Below, piece by piece: positions 36,961 to 49,049 of a DNA stretch of 64,000 nt. The stretch lies in NCBI RefSeq assembly GCF_016432865.1, contig NC_067398.1, positions 717,588,001-717,652,000 on the forward strand, written 5' to 3'. The position numbers were made by a program, and so were the translations under genes. Under the pieces are notes generated by a model. It was not told the DNA's origin, made no database searches, and saw only the letters and a list, made by a program, of their open reading frames with translations. The first letter of the stretch is position 1; each line of letters starts with the position of its first letter. Source of the DNA: Antechinus flavipes (Eukaryota).

Positions 36961-37494
36961 AGGAAACTACTTAGCAATTGCTGCAGTTCATTCTTGATAA
37001 ATAAGATTTTTTTTTCTAGTTTTGAGAAATTCCTTCCCAAAGCCATTCCCATTTTACCCACCCTTGCCCCCCCCACACCAATTCCTTGGGGGTCTATATG
37101 GTCACTCACTTCTTAACCTGTTGCCCTAACGGGCACAGTTTTGTTTCAAAGGGAAATTGGAAGCAATAGGCAACAGGGCTTGGACAAATTAGTCCTGCAA
37201 ACAACTTGCCTTAATCTGTTGGGTTGATTAGTTTATCACTAATGTCGTAATCCTCCACCTTTATGTATTTTTAATGGTTTTTTGATAAGTGTATCCTTTA
37301 CTTCACTGTTGAAAAGCTATCTTTTGTGTTTTCTGCATTGTTGTACTCTTCAATGGCCCCTTTTTAATATGTTTGTTACCTTGTTACACACATTTTGTCT
37401 TTGGTGTCTACACTATTTTTTCCCTTAAATGTATTTTATTTGAAGGTTACCTGCTGTTGAATTTAATAAATTTGTTTACTTGAAAAAAAAAAAA
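36961..37494 (+). pseudogene. Retroposed (processed) mRNA 3'UTR fragment, parent gene unidentified
   Basis: Perfect 16-bp TSD AAACAATGGGAACCAA (36945-36960, 37495-37510); AATAAA 37465-37470; A-run 37483-37497; U-rich 3'UTR-like composition; no similarity to the L1/SINE tails in this window. Confidence 0.85.
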
Positions 37495-38706
37495 AAACAA
37501 TGGGAACCAATCCTATGACAGGAAGAACTCATAAGTGACATGGGAGTCCTTTCCAGAGCAATGATTACCTGTAAAGGACTGAATCTCTGAGCACACACAC
37601 TTGGATAACCGAGCATTTAAGGCTAATTACCAAGTGGACAATACTCTATTAACATTTGCTTGGAAAATGGCCCGCCCCATCATTCTGTGCGGGCTGGATC
37701 TGTTGGCCTATAGAGGAGGAGGAGGAGGGATAAGAGGGTGGAGTAGGACGAGGGAGGCGAGTCCGGGGAGGTGGAAGAAAGAGGAGATTTGTGTGTCCAC
37801 AAGCTCTCCTCTCCCTTTAATAAAGAATAAAAACCAAGGACTTTTGCTTATCCTGACTCTGGCTGATTTTAAAGTATCCAGGGAGCTAACGCGGTCATCA
37901 CAATTACTGAGCTGAGGGAAAGTAAAAATGAGAACACCGCACACCATCCAGGTAAGATCATTCTAATCCGACCTATTAAAGCAACAAAAAAGGGAAGTGG
38001 ACAGAGGAAAAGACCGACCAATTCTAACAATTCCATAGAGAAATCCAACCAGTGAACACTGATCACCACAGTGAGGAGACCCAAAGTACCTCAAAATCAC
38101 TTTAATCAAAACTAATCGCTGACTTCCTCACCAAGTGAAGAGCTATGGTGGCCAAGGGCACGTACAGGACTGTTTGTAGAACAGTGAGAGGCAGCAGGCA
38201 GGAAAAACTAGTTGTTCTAAAATCCAAGACCCCAAGAAAAGTCACCCTGAGCTCATTTTAAAATGAAACTAGGACCACAACAGAGGTAAGAGATCGGCAG
38301 AAGCGTCCATCGGGAACCTTCTGTACCCTTGGAAACAGGGGAGCCGCTATCTCCGAACTACCCTCAGTCTGGGTGGGCTAGAGAGGAAATGAAGCAAGAA
38401 AGCAAACCACTATTCAAGAGTCAAGAGAGAACTTGGGCTGACCTTACGGTCACCACATCGTAAACAAGCAGGGATGTCCTCGTTAGAGACAGCTGCCACT
38501 GACGTGGAAGAAATCCTAACCAGAAGTCACGCACAAGGAAGAAAAATCCCCCACAAGTGGCCAAGTCTTCTGGAGGCTTTTTGGCATTTTGGTTTTCTGG
38601 GTTTTTTTTTTCCTTTCTAAACAAAACTCATACTAATTAGAGGAAGCCCCAGAACTCTAGAACCTCCTACACGAGATCCATACTCACTCAGAGTTTGGTC
38701 TAACTG

Positions 38707-38710
<4 letters not shown>

Positions 38711-38752
<42 letters not shown>
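38711..38752. repeat. (CA)n microsatellite, ~21 units, ESS2 intron 7
   Basis: Read directly from the sequence. Confidence 0.95.
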
Positions 38753-38756
<4 letters not shown>

Positions 38757-39648
38757 TGAGAAGAATACCCACTGCCAAGATTATGAAACACCAGAGAGCG
38801 CATCCACGGGCATCCTAGATCTCGGGCAGATGGGCAGTGAATCAGGCCCTCACCTAGACAGCTGCCTTTGGGAAGATCCGCCCTCAAGCAAAGGCCCATA
38901 TTTTTAATGCCCAATTTGTTTCCAACAGCATTGGCAGCTAAGTCACAGACCATGAAAGTCTCTGAGGACCGAAGGCGAGACCACCCAAAGGGCGAGGGAG
39001 GGACCCATGGAGGCACAACCTCTCTGGGACACAATGGAAACGGAGGAGGAATCACGCAGGAGAAGGGTGGGGAGGATGCCATCCACAAGCAGACCCTACA
39101 AGGAGGCTGTGCTGCTCAGCAGCAAGAGCCCAGGAGGAGGGCAGGGGTGCCTCAGCTGGGACGGACGTGGTCGGAGAGCAGGGGAAGCAGGCAAGGACCC
39201 AGGGAGAGCATTTCAGCCCGGGACCTGCTCGGAGCTGCCCGTATCCAGGACACTGCCACTTAACCAGGAGTCTTTGGACCAGGAGGGAGCGTTATCTATT
39301 ATGGTCCCTATTTTATTTACGAGGAGCCCGGCGCCCGAGAGGGGAAAGGAGCCACCTGGGGAGGCAGAGCTGGGACTTGAGCCACAAACTCTTGCCTGTT
39401 GCGTCAAGGAGCCCCTGGCAGTGCCAGGATTACCATTCCCATGCCTCAGAGGTGAGGAAACAGAGAAAAGCCACCTGACTCACGAGCAGCCACGACAAGG
39501 ACCCAAGAGTCCTGACTCCCAGCCCAGGGTTCTTGCCACCAGCCTGGGTTTTCAGGCCAGAGGCCTCCCGTCCCTGGGGAGCAGAGGCAGCCTCCCTGGG
39601 CAACAACAACATCTTCCAGACCACATGCAAACCAAGGACTTATCTTAC

Positions 39649-39751
39649 CTGGGGCGGGAGAAGGAGTGGCAACAAATCCATACCCATTGACCTTGGGAGA
39701 CTCCTGGGGGATCAGCTCCTTGCCGTCGGGTCCCACTTTACCCTGTTTGTA
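39649..39751 (-). CDS. ESS2: ESS2 exon 7 (103 nt)
   Basis: TTTCAG|TAC...CCA G|GTAAGA; YKQGKVGPDGKELIPQESPKVNGYGFVATPSPAP. Confidence 0.95.
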
Positions 39752-40381
39752 CTGAAAAACACAAGCCCCAGAGGGTCGGCACTCCCGAGCAGCAAACACT
39801 GCCCCATGCCCCAGATGCTCCTGGCTCTGGCCCGCAGGCTCTGCAGCCGCCTCTGGTCCGTGGCAGGAGCCAAGTCCGGAAGGGAGAAGAGCAGGCTGCT
39901 GCCCGCCCACCCCTCGGAAGGCTGAATGCCCAGCCCTCCCGCTCACTGCTGTGGAGTCACTGAGGCGTCTCAGTCTGACAAGGCCAGAGAAAAGGGAGAT
40001 CAGGAGTCCCGGGGCAGGCAGCACTGCAAGCCCCGCCTCCGTCCTCTCCTCCCCCATCCTGCCCTGCCCTAGCACACGCCCAGGCTCCCCTTCCTGGCCG
40101 GCCCGCTCCCTGACCACGCCGAGGGCCCCCCAGCCGGCCTTGCCCATTCTGACACAGCACCCCACCGCCGGCTCCCCTCTGTCCTGACTCCTCTCAGCGC
40201 ATTCAGGGGCTTCCCTTGGCCCTCCCCTGGCCTCAAGAGACTTTCAGGCCCTGGGGTCGAGCACCCAGACCAGAGGAGAGCTCGCGGCTCGTGTGTCCTC
40301 CGCCAAGGCGGGCCCCGCGGGCACCGGGAGCCACAGGGAAAGCGCCCCTTCGGTCTGAGGCCACGCGCGGCATCCATGTAC

Positions 40382-40515
40382 CTGGGCATTGAGGGCAGCC
40401 GCCTGCTGGAGCTGGGACTTGCTCAGGGCTTGGCTGAAAGGATCCTTGAGGAAGCGCGTGTTTCTGTGCAGCACTTGCCGGGGCTTCTTAAACACGTCCT
40501 CCCCGTCGGGGACGC
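40382..40515 (-). CDS. ESS2: ESS2 exon 6 (134 nt)
   Basis: CTCAG|GC...CAG|GTACAT; VPDGEDVFKKPRQVLHRNTRFLKDPFSQALSKSQLQQAAALNAQ. Confidence 0.95.
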
Positions 40516-41048
40516 CTGAGAAAACACAAGGATCGGATCAGAACGGAGGCGGTCGTGGGGCTGGGCGAGGCGCCCCTTTTCCGCGCCTCAGTCCAGGAGG
40601 ATCTGCAACGACAGACACGCAGCCGGGGGGGTCCCCGGCACTTGCTGCTTCTCCACAAGCTCCTCGAATGACCCAAAGGGAGGCCGCTCCCCCTCCCCCA
40701 TTGGGGTGTCCAAAAAGCTTTTCCTTCCTCCGGGGCTCCAACAACCCGGGTTTCCGACGAAGGCCTCGGCTGGTGCCGCAGCAGGAACGAGCGGGTCCTC
40801 TCCCGCCGAGACAGCTGAAGCACAGCAAGGCTCGCCAACTTACCCGGGGACAAACAGCCGCCTGGAGCCAGGATTTTAGGTCTCGGCTCCAAGTCCAGAG
40901 CGATCTCCAGGATGCCGTGCGGCATCTTCCAAAGAGCAAAACAACACAAGCCCCCTCCCCGAGTAAACTGACAAGAAGATGCTCCGAGCGCAGCCAGGGC
41001 ACTCGGCACCCCCCCATGCCTTCCCCCCGTCCCGGGCCCCAGTCTCAC

Positions 41049-41166
41049 CCTCCGGGTAGTACATCAGAGAATTCTTAGCCTTGTACTTCCAGGTCTCCAC
41101 CCCGGCCTGGCTGCTCTGCAGGGCCTGTTGCTCGGTGGACGGGAGGGCCAGGTTATCCTGCTGCCT
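41049..41166 (-). CDS. ESS2: ESS2 exon 5 (118 nt)
   Basis: TTTCAG|AGG...GAG G|GTGAGA; RQQDNLALPSTEQQALQSSQAGVETWKYKAKNSLMYYPE. Confidence 0.95.
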
Positions 41167-42249
41167 CTGAAAGCAAGAGCCAAGTGAGGGCAGCCTCCGG
41201 AAGCCGGGGTTCGGCCAGCGGCCCTGCCTCCCCTGCCCCACATAATGCAGGAAACACGAACCACAATCCCATCTCCCCTTCCAGGGCCCGCATCAGTCTC
41301 TCAAGGGAGCAGCGAGTGCCCAAGAGAGAGCCTGGGAGAGCCACAAGTCACAGGAACAAAGCTGGAAAGGGCTTCAGGGGTCACCTATTTCAACTCCCTT
41401 TTGTTACAGGGAAAAATGTGCCCAGAAACTACAAGGATTTGCCCAAGTTCACACAAGTAGTGAGCAAGTAGTGAGCACCAAGTGAGGACTGGAAGCTAGG
41501 TCCTCTTTCCCCAATCTCAGGGCTTTGGCACTGCCAAGGCCGCCACATCACTCAGGACCCTCCCACCCCCCACGATGGGAGGGAAGGGGCTTAAAGCTCC
41601 TGCTGAGAGGGGCAGTGCTGGCAATGCCTGAGAGAGGAAGGGTCTGAGAGGGCCAACGAGGCATGGCAAGGACGGCCAAGGGCAGCAGCGGCAGCTGAAC
41701 TAGACTCTGCAGCCCAGTCCGAACCGAGGAGCTACACAAGTTTGAGCCTGCTTCTGGAAAATGGGGGCAACAATTTGATTCCATTCAAATCAAGCTTCCT
41801 AAGCTCCTTGGCTCTTCGAGGCATGCACTGCTCCTGGAAGACCCGACACAGAAGGCAAATAGCCCCTGCCCTGCAGCAGCCTCCCCTCAGAAGGGCCCCA
41901 GAGCCCATCCACAGATCACGGCGGGCTGGGTGGCCCACATGAGCTGAAATCCCACGAGCCTCGAGGAAGGTGCCCTGGCTACCAGCTGCTCTCAGTGACT
42001 TCTGCTGAGGGGCAGGCACTCTTACAGAGGCTCAGGAAGTTTGGGGGAACTCCCTCAGCAACCTGCTGCCTCCCAAGAGTCAGGGAAGCCGGGCCACGGG
42101 CAATGCCAGGCTCCTCTGTCTAGAAAGTGCAGGGCCCAAGCCCCAGAGTGAACCAACCCCGAGTCTCCCTTTCCCTTCCCCTCCCCCCCCACGTCCCCAA
42201 GCTCTGCCTCCTCCCTCTCCTCCCCCCTACCCCAGGCCCCAGGTCTCAC

Positions 42250-42425
42250 CTTTTCAAACTCATCCTCTGCCTCGTAGAGCCAGGCGTGCCGGGCCCGCTC
42301 CTTCTCCTTGGCCACTTCCATGATCTCCTGGAACGAGGCATTGTCCTCACTGGTGTACCTGGTCAGGAAAGCGTCGAGACTAGGGAGGGGCTCTTTGTCC
42401 TCCTCTTCCTCTGTTTCTCCCGACC
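42250..42425 (-). CDS. ESS2: ESS2 exon 4 (176 nt)
   Basis: GTCAG|GG...AAG|GTGAGA; SGETEEEEDKEPLPSLDAFLTRYTSEDNASFQEIMEVAKEKERARHAWLYEAEDEFEK. Confidence 0.93.
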
Positions 42426-43032
42426 CTGACAAGGACAAGAACGCAGAGTCCTCTGAGGGGCGACCGGCAGCGAGCCCTCTGCCAGCCTGGGGAAATCAGC
42501 CACGAGACCCTGAACAAGGACTCAAACCCTCTGGACGGCTGATCTCCCTCCCCCACCCCCCCCACCCCGTGCACAAAGGCTGAGAAGCTGTGCTCCTGCC
42601 AGGTCACGGGGGTGGGGGGAACCCCAGGGACTTCCCAAGGGCACCTGCTGTCTCTGAGGGCAGACTGGCCTTGGCCCTCAGCCAGGTGGGCAGAGACCCC
42701 CCAACCCAGAGGCTTTCCCTACAGCTGCCGCTCAGGGCTCGGCACTTCTCCGCTCAGCAGCCAGCAGTGAGAGTCCAGGCTGGCCTAGGAGGCAAAGCCC
42801 CTCAAAGAGAATCATTGCTCCAGTTCCCCTGGTTTGCTGCACATCAAAGACCTGGCAGAAGCAATGGAGTTTGAGCCTGAGCTTGAGAACACACGGAGGG
42901 GGTCAGCACAACGAGGGACAACCTCACTCAGGCTCCTGCATCTCCCGGGCAGGGGGAAGGGGGGGAAGGGACGAGCAGCCCCCCAAAAGCTGAGCTCCCT
43001 CACCGGGCCCCGGGCAGACACCGGCCACTGAC

Positions 43033-43128
43033 CTTCCTCAGGACCTTTAGCACGAAGCCTGGGCTTAGTTGCCAAGGAGGCAGTGCCTGGGTGAACTTCA
43101 GGAGTTTCAAACGTGGCTGGGGTCACAT
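43033..43128 (-). CDS. ESS2: ESS2 exon 3 (96 nt)
   Basis: TCTCAG|AT...GAA G|GTCAGT; VTPATFETPEVHPGTASLATKPRLRAKGPEE. Confidence 0.93.
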
Positions 43129-43327
43129 CTGAGAAATAAGAGAGAAAAGACATGGAAAAAAGGGCTCTTGACCAACTTTGCCCTGATTTGTCAGATTCAA
43201 AGACAGCCCTGCTCCCGAGAGGCCCCCAGTAGAGCCGACCCCTGCACCCCCTTCCCACGCGACCCTGTAATGAGCCGCAGGAAAACCCCACGCCGTCAGG
43301 TTAGGCCAGAAGGGGGCCCCGTCTTAC

Positions 43328-43496
43328 ACGGCAGAGGAGTGTCCCGCGACAATTTGCCCAGGGAGGAGCCAAACTTGATGGCTATCTGCCGCATGCGCTC
43401 CAGGTCCCCGCTCTCCTCGGCCTCCAAGTATTCCTTCTGGGCTTGCAGCTTCTCCACATCAGGAAAGAAGTCCCGCTGAATCACTGTCTGGAGGCC
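43328..43496 (-). CDS. ESS2: ESS2 exon 2 (169 nt)
   Basis: CCCAG|GGC...CCG T|GTAAGA; GLQTVIQRDFFPDVEKLQAQKEYLEAEESGDLERMRQIAIKFGSSLGKLSRDTPLP. Confidence 0.96.
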
Positions 43497-44063
43497 CTGG
43501 GGGGAGAGGGAACCACAAAGCAAAGATCAGTGAAATTCTAAAAAAACTTCTGAAAACGGGGAAGAAAGGCTTGCTCTGCCTCCTTCACCGGCTCGGGGAG
43601 GAAAACAATGTGTAACCTTTACGATGAGCTCGCGCTATCCAGAGGGTTCCACCACCAGCTCCCGTTTACCTTCCAAAAGGAGCCCTGTCCCACGGCTTGC
43701 TACGTAAAAGCTCCCCCGAGACACCCGGGGACGGTCCCTGTGCACCCAACACGGGCTCAAAAGCTAGGGAAGATGTCCCCAGCGTGTGTCACGTTCCATG
43801 AGGCCCAGAGGCCCGAATCCCCGCAACAGCCGAGCCGGGGGAGGTGCGGGAGGGAGGGGAAGGGGGGCAGAGCCCAGGTCTGAGGAAGGAAGCCCACAAA
43901 GGGGCGAGGGAGCTGCCCCTAAGCCCCGGCAAGGCCAGGGCCGCCACAAAACGTCTGACCTAGCGAAGCAGGTGCTTCTAATGGAAAAGGAGAAAAAAGG
44001 GTCCTCCCTGGGGCGCAAGGGGCAGGCATTGATTGGGTGCTTACTGGGTGATTAAAATGCTCT

Positions 44064-44413
44064 AGAGCAGCTACACCCACAGAAAGAACACTGGGAAATG
44101 ACTGTAAACTGCTTGCATTTTTGTTTTTTTCCCCGGGTTATTTCTACCTTCTGAATCCATTTCTCCCTGTGCAACAAGAAAACTGTTGGGTTCTGCACAT
44201 GTATATTGTATCTAGGATATACTGTAACCTATTTAACATGTAAAGGACTGCTTGCCATGGGGGGGGGGGGGGGGTGGATGGAGGGAGGGGAAAAATCGGA
44301 ACAGAAATGAATGCAAGGGATAATGCTGTAAAAAATTACCCCGGCACGGGTTCTGTCAATAAAAATTTATGATAAAATTAAATTTAGTTTAATTTAAAAT
44401 AAATAAATAAAAT
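44064..44413 (+). mobile_element. Young 5'-truncated L1 3'UTR insertion in ESS2 intron 1 (antisense to ESS2)
   Basis: Perfect TSD AAAATGCTCT (44054-44063, 44414-44423) at a TT/AAAA endonuclease site; G-tract, AATAAA and A-rich tail; same family as 8754-8898. Confidence 0.88.
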
Positions 44414-44698
44414 AAAATGCTCTGGGTCCTCCTACTACCTCGCCCTGCACGTCTTCCCTCCCCCCCATCCGAGATGGGGCTACTAACAAATTAACTAGCG
44501 GGAGGTCGATGCGGAAGGAACCTTTTTTAACTGTCAGAAAGGCAAGGGTTCAAATTCAGCCCATGAGATTTCCTCAGGGGACTGAAGGCCGGCTCCTTTC
44601 TCTCTCTGGTCCTCAGTTTGCCGCCCTGTAAAACGGCGCTACGGGAGGGAAAGCAGAGGCTGTCACCAGAATGGAAACCCAGCAAGGTGGGGGAAGGG

Positions 44699-45022
44699 GA
44701 TATCCGGGTCTCTGTTGGGACAGGGGAGGAACGGGGACCAAAAGGTAAACATCTGCGTCACATCCGGATCCCCGCCCCAGGGACTGGGAGGAGGGACATC
44801 CGGGTCTCCTTCACCTCAGGAAGGGGTGGGGAAAACGTCCCGGGCTCCAACCCTAGGAAAGGAAGCAAAAAGGGAGGGAGGAACATTAGGGTCCCGCCTC
44901 AGGAAAAACAAAGGATAACGTCCGGGTCTTAGAGAAGAGTAAGGAGAAAAACATCCGGCTCTGGCCCGAGGGAGGGAGGGACATCCGGGTCTCTGAATGG
45001 GGAGGGGGAACATCCGAGTCTC
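44699..45022. repeat. Degenerate motif array RACATCCGGGTCTC (~9 copies, purine-rich spacers) in ESS2 intron 1
   Basis: Copies near 44699, 44760, 44795, 44834, 44882, 44917, 44950, 44980 and 45009. Confidence 0.75.
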
Positions 45023-45056
45023 CGCCTCAATCGCAGGCCGAGCTGGGTCTCCCTAC

Positions 45057-45221
45057 CTCGATATACTCTTCCTCGTCGAGGACTCGTTTCTTGGCCTTCG
45101 CCTTCGTCACCCGTTTGTTGCGCGTCCTGGGGCTGACCAGGGCCGTACCTTGCCTCCGTAGCGTGCCCAACGCCCGGGCCGCAGAGGCCGGCGAGGCGCT
45201 TCCTGCGCAAGGGCTCTCCAT
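45057..45221 (-). CDS. ESS2: ESS2 exon 1 coding part (165 nt, 55 aa)
   Basis: ATG at 45221; ends KKRVLDEEEYIE|GTAGGG; the RVLDEEEYIE motif is conserved in ESS2. Confidence 0.9.
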
Positions 45222-45480
45222 TTCTCTGGGCCGCCGGGCTCGAGTGCGGCCTCTAAGTGGAGCTGAGGGAGGGCGGGAGAGCGAGCGCTGGTGACGACAC
45301 TTCCGGTGTGCGCGCTCGTCACATTGCCGCGAGGGCGGGGCTCGCGCTTAGCGGGGACTCCGGAAAGCGCGTGGCCGAGACCACCAACAGCCCCTAACGT
45401 AAGAGGGCGGGATGCGTTCCGGACGTGCCCCGTGGCTTGCTGGGAATTGAAGTCTCCTGCCTTACGCGCGGTGGAGATGG
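45222..45480 (-). promoter_or_regulatory. ESS2 CpG-island promoter
   Basis: CpG-dense; ETS/GABP-type ACTTCCGG at 45299-45306, NRF1-like TGCGCGC at 45309-45315, GC boxes; immediately upstream of exon 1. Confidence 0.8.
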
Positions 45481-45913
45481 AGAGGCAGCCGGGCTGTGGA
45501 ACTGGTTCAAATCCCTACTCCGATGGGCTGTAGCATGAAAATAATTATTAATAAATTATATACTGTTTCTTCTTATTATTATTATAGCATTAGCGAACAT
45601 GAATATAGCGCTTTACTTCTATCTCCTCGGGTTCTTAAAACAGCCCTAGGAAGGAGGCAGGTGCTGCTATTATCCCCATTTTACAGATAAGGAAACTGAG
45701 GCAGACAGGTTGGTTTGAACACAGATTTCCCCAACCCCAAGTATATGGCTTTTTAATCACCCAGCTGCCTCCAAATGAGACGGTAATGGTTGCCAGAGTG
45801 TGATAAGGAGAAGTGTCCTTCCTTCTGGAAGGGGACCCTGATATCAGGGAGGTGATGCCATGATACGCAAGTGAATTGGATTGGAGGCAGGGAGGGCAGT
45901 GCAAGGTCACCTG

Positions 45914-46076
45914 CCTCGGTTTCCCCTCTAGAGCCCCCTGGGTCCCATGGCCAAAATGAGGAAAACGGGTGTTTCAGACATAGATCTTGAAACGATCTTA
46001 GAGGGACGTCATGTTTTAGAAAGTCTTTGGAGTTAAAGGGGTTTCCTAATCCTAAATCAGAGGCTTGGGACAGAGA
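45914..46076 (-). repeat. Inverted repeat copy A (partner at 49050-49234)
   Basis: Reverse complement aligns to 49050-49234 at roughly 90% by eye, with three small indels. Confidence 0.85.
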
Positions 46077-47426
46077 TGTTAAGGAAAATACCAGTAAAAA
46101 TCTAATAAAAATTAAAAACAATAAATTCGCAACCTGAAAACTAAAGCAACATTCTCCTTTCGGCTACTAATGCCCCTCTAACTTCTCCTTCCCCAGATGC
46201 CGCCACCTGAGACACCAGGGTGCCTTCTCCCTGGGTCTCCTACCATGCTTGCTAGCTGTGATTCACCCACCTGGGCTTCAGTGAGCTCATTTGTTAAAAG
46301 GTCCTCCTCTGACCCCGGCCGGTTCTCCTCTGCTCTCTCTCCTCCCCCTTCCTCCTCCTCCGACACATCTTCCTCTCCCCTCACCAGGGGCTGTCCCCAG
46401 AGACTCTCCTGGGCACTCTTTCTCATCCAACTCCCACAGTAATTAAATTAATTAAGCAGCCGGGGGCGCACTGCACCTGTGGTCAACCAGAGGCACTCAA
46501 ATCTCACATTTATACTAGTTTGTAAAATCTCGATCAAGTCACAACCTCCCAGCCTCAGTTTCCTACTCTGTAAACAGGAGGATAATGATAGTATTTATCT
46601 GGAAGAGTTGCTGTGAAGATCCAAGGAGATCAAATCTAGCTCTTTGTAAATCTTAAAGCACTATGTAAATGCTAGCTATTATTTATTTATTTTGCATCAT
46701 TTAATTATTTATGTCATTTATTTATTTGTTTGTTTGTTTGTTTTGTTTATTTATTTAGACCTATACTTTCCCTCAGCTCCAAAGCCTAACCTGAGTATCT
46801 TGCTTAAATCCCAGACACAAATCCCCGGCAGCCTATGGTAATATCCCAACATTTCTGAGTATGAGGGCTACTCATTGATGTCCAAAAGCTTCTTGTATCT
46901 CAACATGGTAGCATTAGAGTCGGTTGTTAAATAAGTGATAACAGAAACCATTCTCTATGCAGTAATAGCTTACCGTAGGGGTATCCACAAGTATTAGAAA
47001 ACTAGCCAAACCTGTGTAGCAGACGGTGAACTGACCTGCAGAAGCCTTCTCGGGGAATCGGGGGCCGAGGTCCCCTAGGAGTTTCAGGGGAAATGGAAGT
47101 ATAAATCAACACTTGGACCTTCAGGACTTTCTGGCTCCTTCTAACTCTGTGGGCCAGCAGCAGTTCTTCACGTAAGGTACAGCTAGTGGTCCCAAAGGGC
47201 TAGGGCACTGCACCCACTCCTCTCTAGGATGCTGCTCTTTATCCAAGCACATAAATCAGACCCTAGTTCGGTCCTAGAGAACCTGCCACCTAATTGAGAA
47301 GAAAGACTGGTTTCCCTTTTCTCCCACTCTCTGTCTCTTTAAATGTCCACCCCAGCATCCTAAAATTTAAATTTGAAGCTTATGCCTAGATTTCTCTACA
47401 AAGGGAAATAAAGTGTATTCTATGTA

Positions 47427-48146
47427 TGTTGGAATCTTTAGAAACTGCTAACTCATTAGAGTTGATAGATTATTGATCTGCTCTTACAAGAAGATGTTTT
47501 GGGCCAGAACCTGAAACAAGGTACTAAGGAGAACTAATTGATACAATGCTTGTGTTCACACCTTTACTCATTGGAGTTCACATGTTTGGGAAATTTCAGG
47601 GTTTAGTATGAGATATCGGAATTCACACCTCCCTTGAAGCTCTTAGAGCCAGAGAGCACTATGGGAGAAAATCCATAATCCCATTCTCTCAGAAGAGTCA
47701 TATAAGCCAGTAAAGAGGGATTCATTCCGGAATATTTTTCCACTTGGCTGGCTAGTGGCGGAAGAAGAGTTTTCAGAGGAAGAAGCTACGAGTCGAGTCG
47801 AGAGTTCAGTGAAGATTGAGATGGCTTTCTCAGAGGCAAGACAGATTCAACTTGGTGCTGGCTCTGGAGGCTGAAGAAAGCAGAGGCTTAAGGACAAAAC
47901 CTTTGGATTTGGAGACATTCGGAGGGAGCTCTTGGAACCAAGCAGAGAGATAGGTCTCAACTAACCAGGCTATTTTGGAAGGAGAAAATAAATGTTTGTA
48001 TTTTTACCAGCTGGCTGCATTTGGGGTAATTATTGATCTGAACTGATACTAAGGCTGCCTCCAAGAAAAACCTTCCCCAAGAAACCTACCCTCTCCCCCA
48101 GAGAGAACTCACATATATATTTTAAAGAAGAAAAAGAACACCAACA
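47427..48146 (+). mobile_element. Solo ERV LTR, 720 bp
   Basis: Termini TGTTGG...CCAACA; perfect 6-bp TSD TATGTA (47421-47426, 48147-48152); TATAA at 47701 and AATAAA at 47987-47992 give + orientation. Confidence 0.88.
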
Positions 48147-49049
48147 TATGTACAATACGTTGTATTCCACTAGACACTAAAGAAATGCTCAACAGCAAAG
48201 ATTCATCACAAGTATTTCCAGAACGAGTTAAAACAAGATTCAGGAACTGAAAACTCCTGTTTCAGTCATCGAGGAGGCTGATAATTCAATCTCACCAGAA
48301 CATAAAAGCAATTTCTAGAAATGCTGATTAGATCATTTATTTCCCCCCTCAGTTCTACACTATCTCCCTCCTGGCAAGCCAGGCCGGGGGCTTGGGCTCC
48401 AGATGTCTGCAGTCATCTGATGGAAAAACTCCCCTAGTTAGTTTCATTTAATGGACCCCTGAACATCTTGGATCCAAAAGGTCGCCTACAAGCCATAAAC
48501 ATCCACCTTGGGGTTGATGCTCAGTTACTTCCTGAGAAAAGGAAACAAAAAGGCTGAATTCAAGGACCCACGGGCAAGTTCACCTAAGGAAGTTGTCCTT
48601 CTCTACCTGCCATGATCCTTGATGAGGAAGGAGCCAGCCCATGTACCTCCCCTGAGACTGGAAGTCTTAGCATTATAGGAGGCCTTTTGGGTCAGATTTT
48701 GAGTCAGATGGGCACCATCTCTCCTTTCATATAGAGACTCCCTGCACTCCTGTTGCTGTCATGGGGTCAGGGGAGAACCAAGAAACTTGGAGTTTTCTTC
48801 ATCAGATCAGAGCTACAAGTCCTCTCAATACTTAGCCAACATGAGCTTGAAAGCAACCAAGAAGTCTATTATCATCAAGACGCCCAAGAGCTTAGTAATC
48901 ATTCCTCCATTGGCGTCAGATGTTTTCAGAGCTGTGTGGATGTTTTGGGGACGTTCAGTTCCAAGAGCCACGGCACACCAGGCTCTTCAAGAGTCCACGG
49001 GCTCTTATTCTGTCTTTGAACTTACTTCTTCCTGCAAACATGAAGGATT

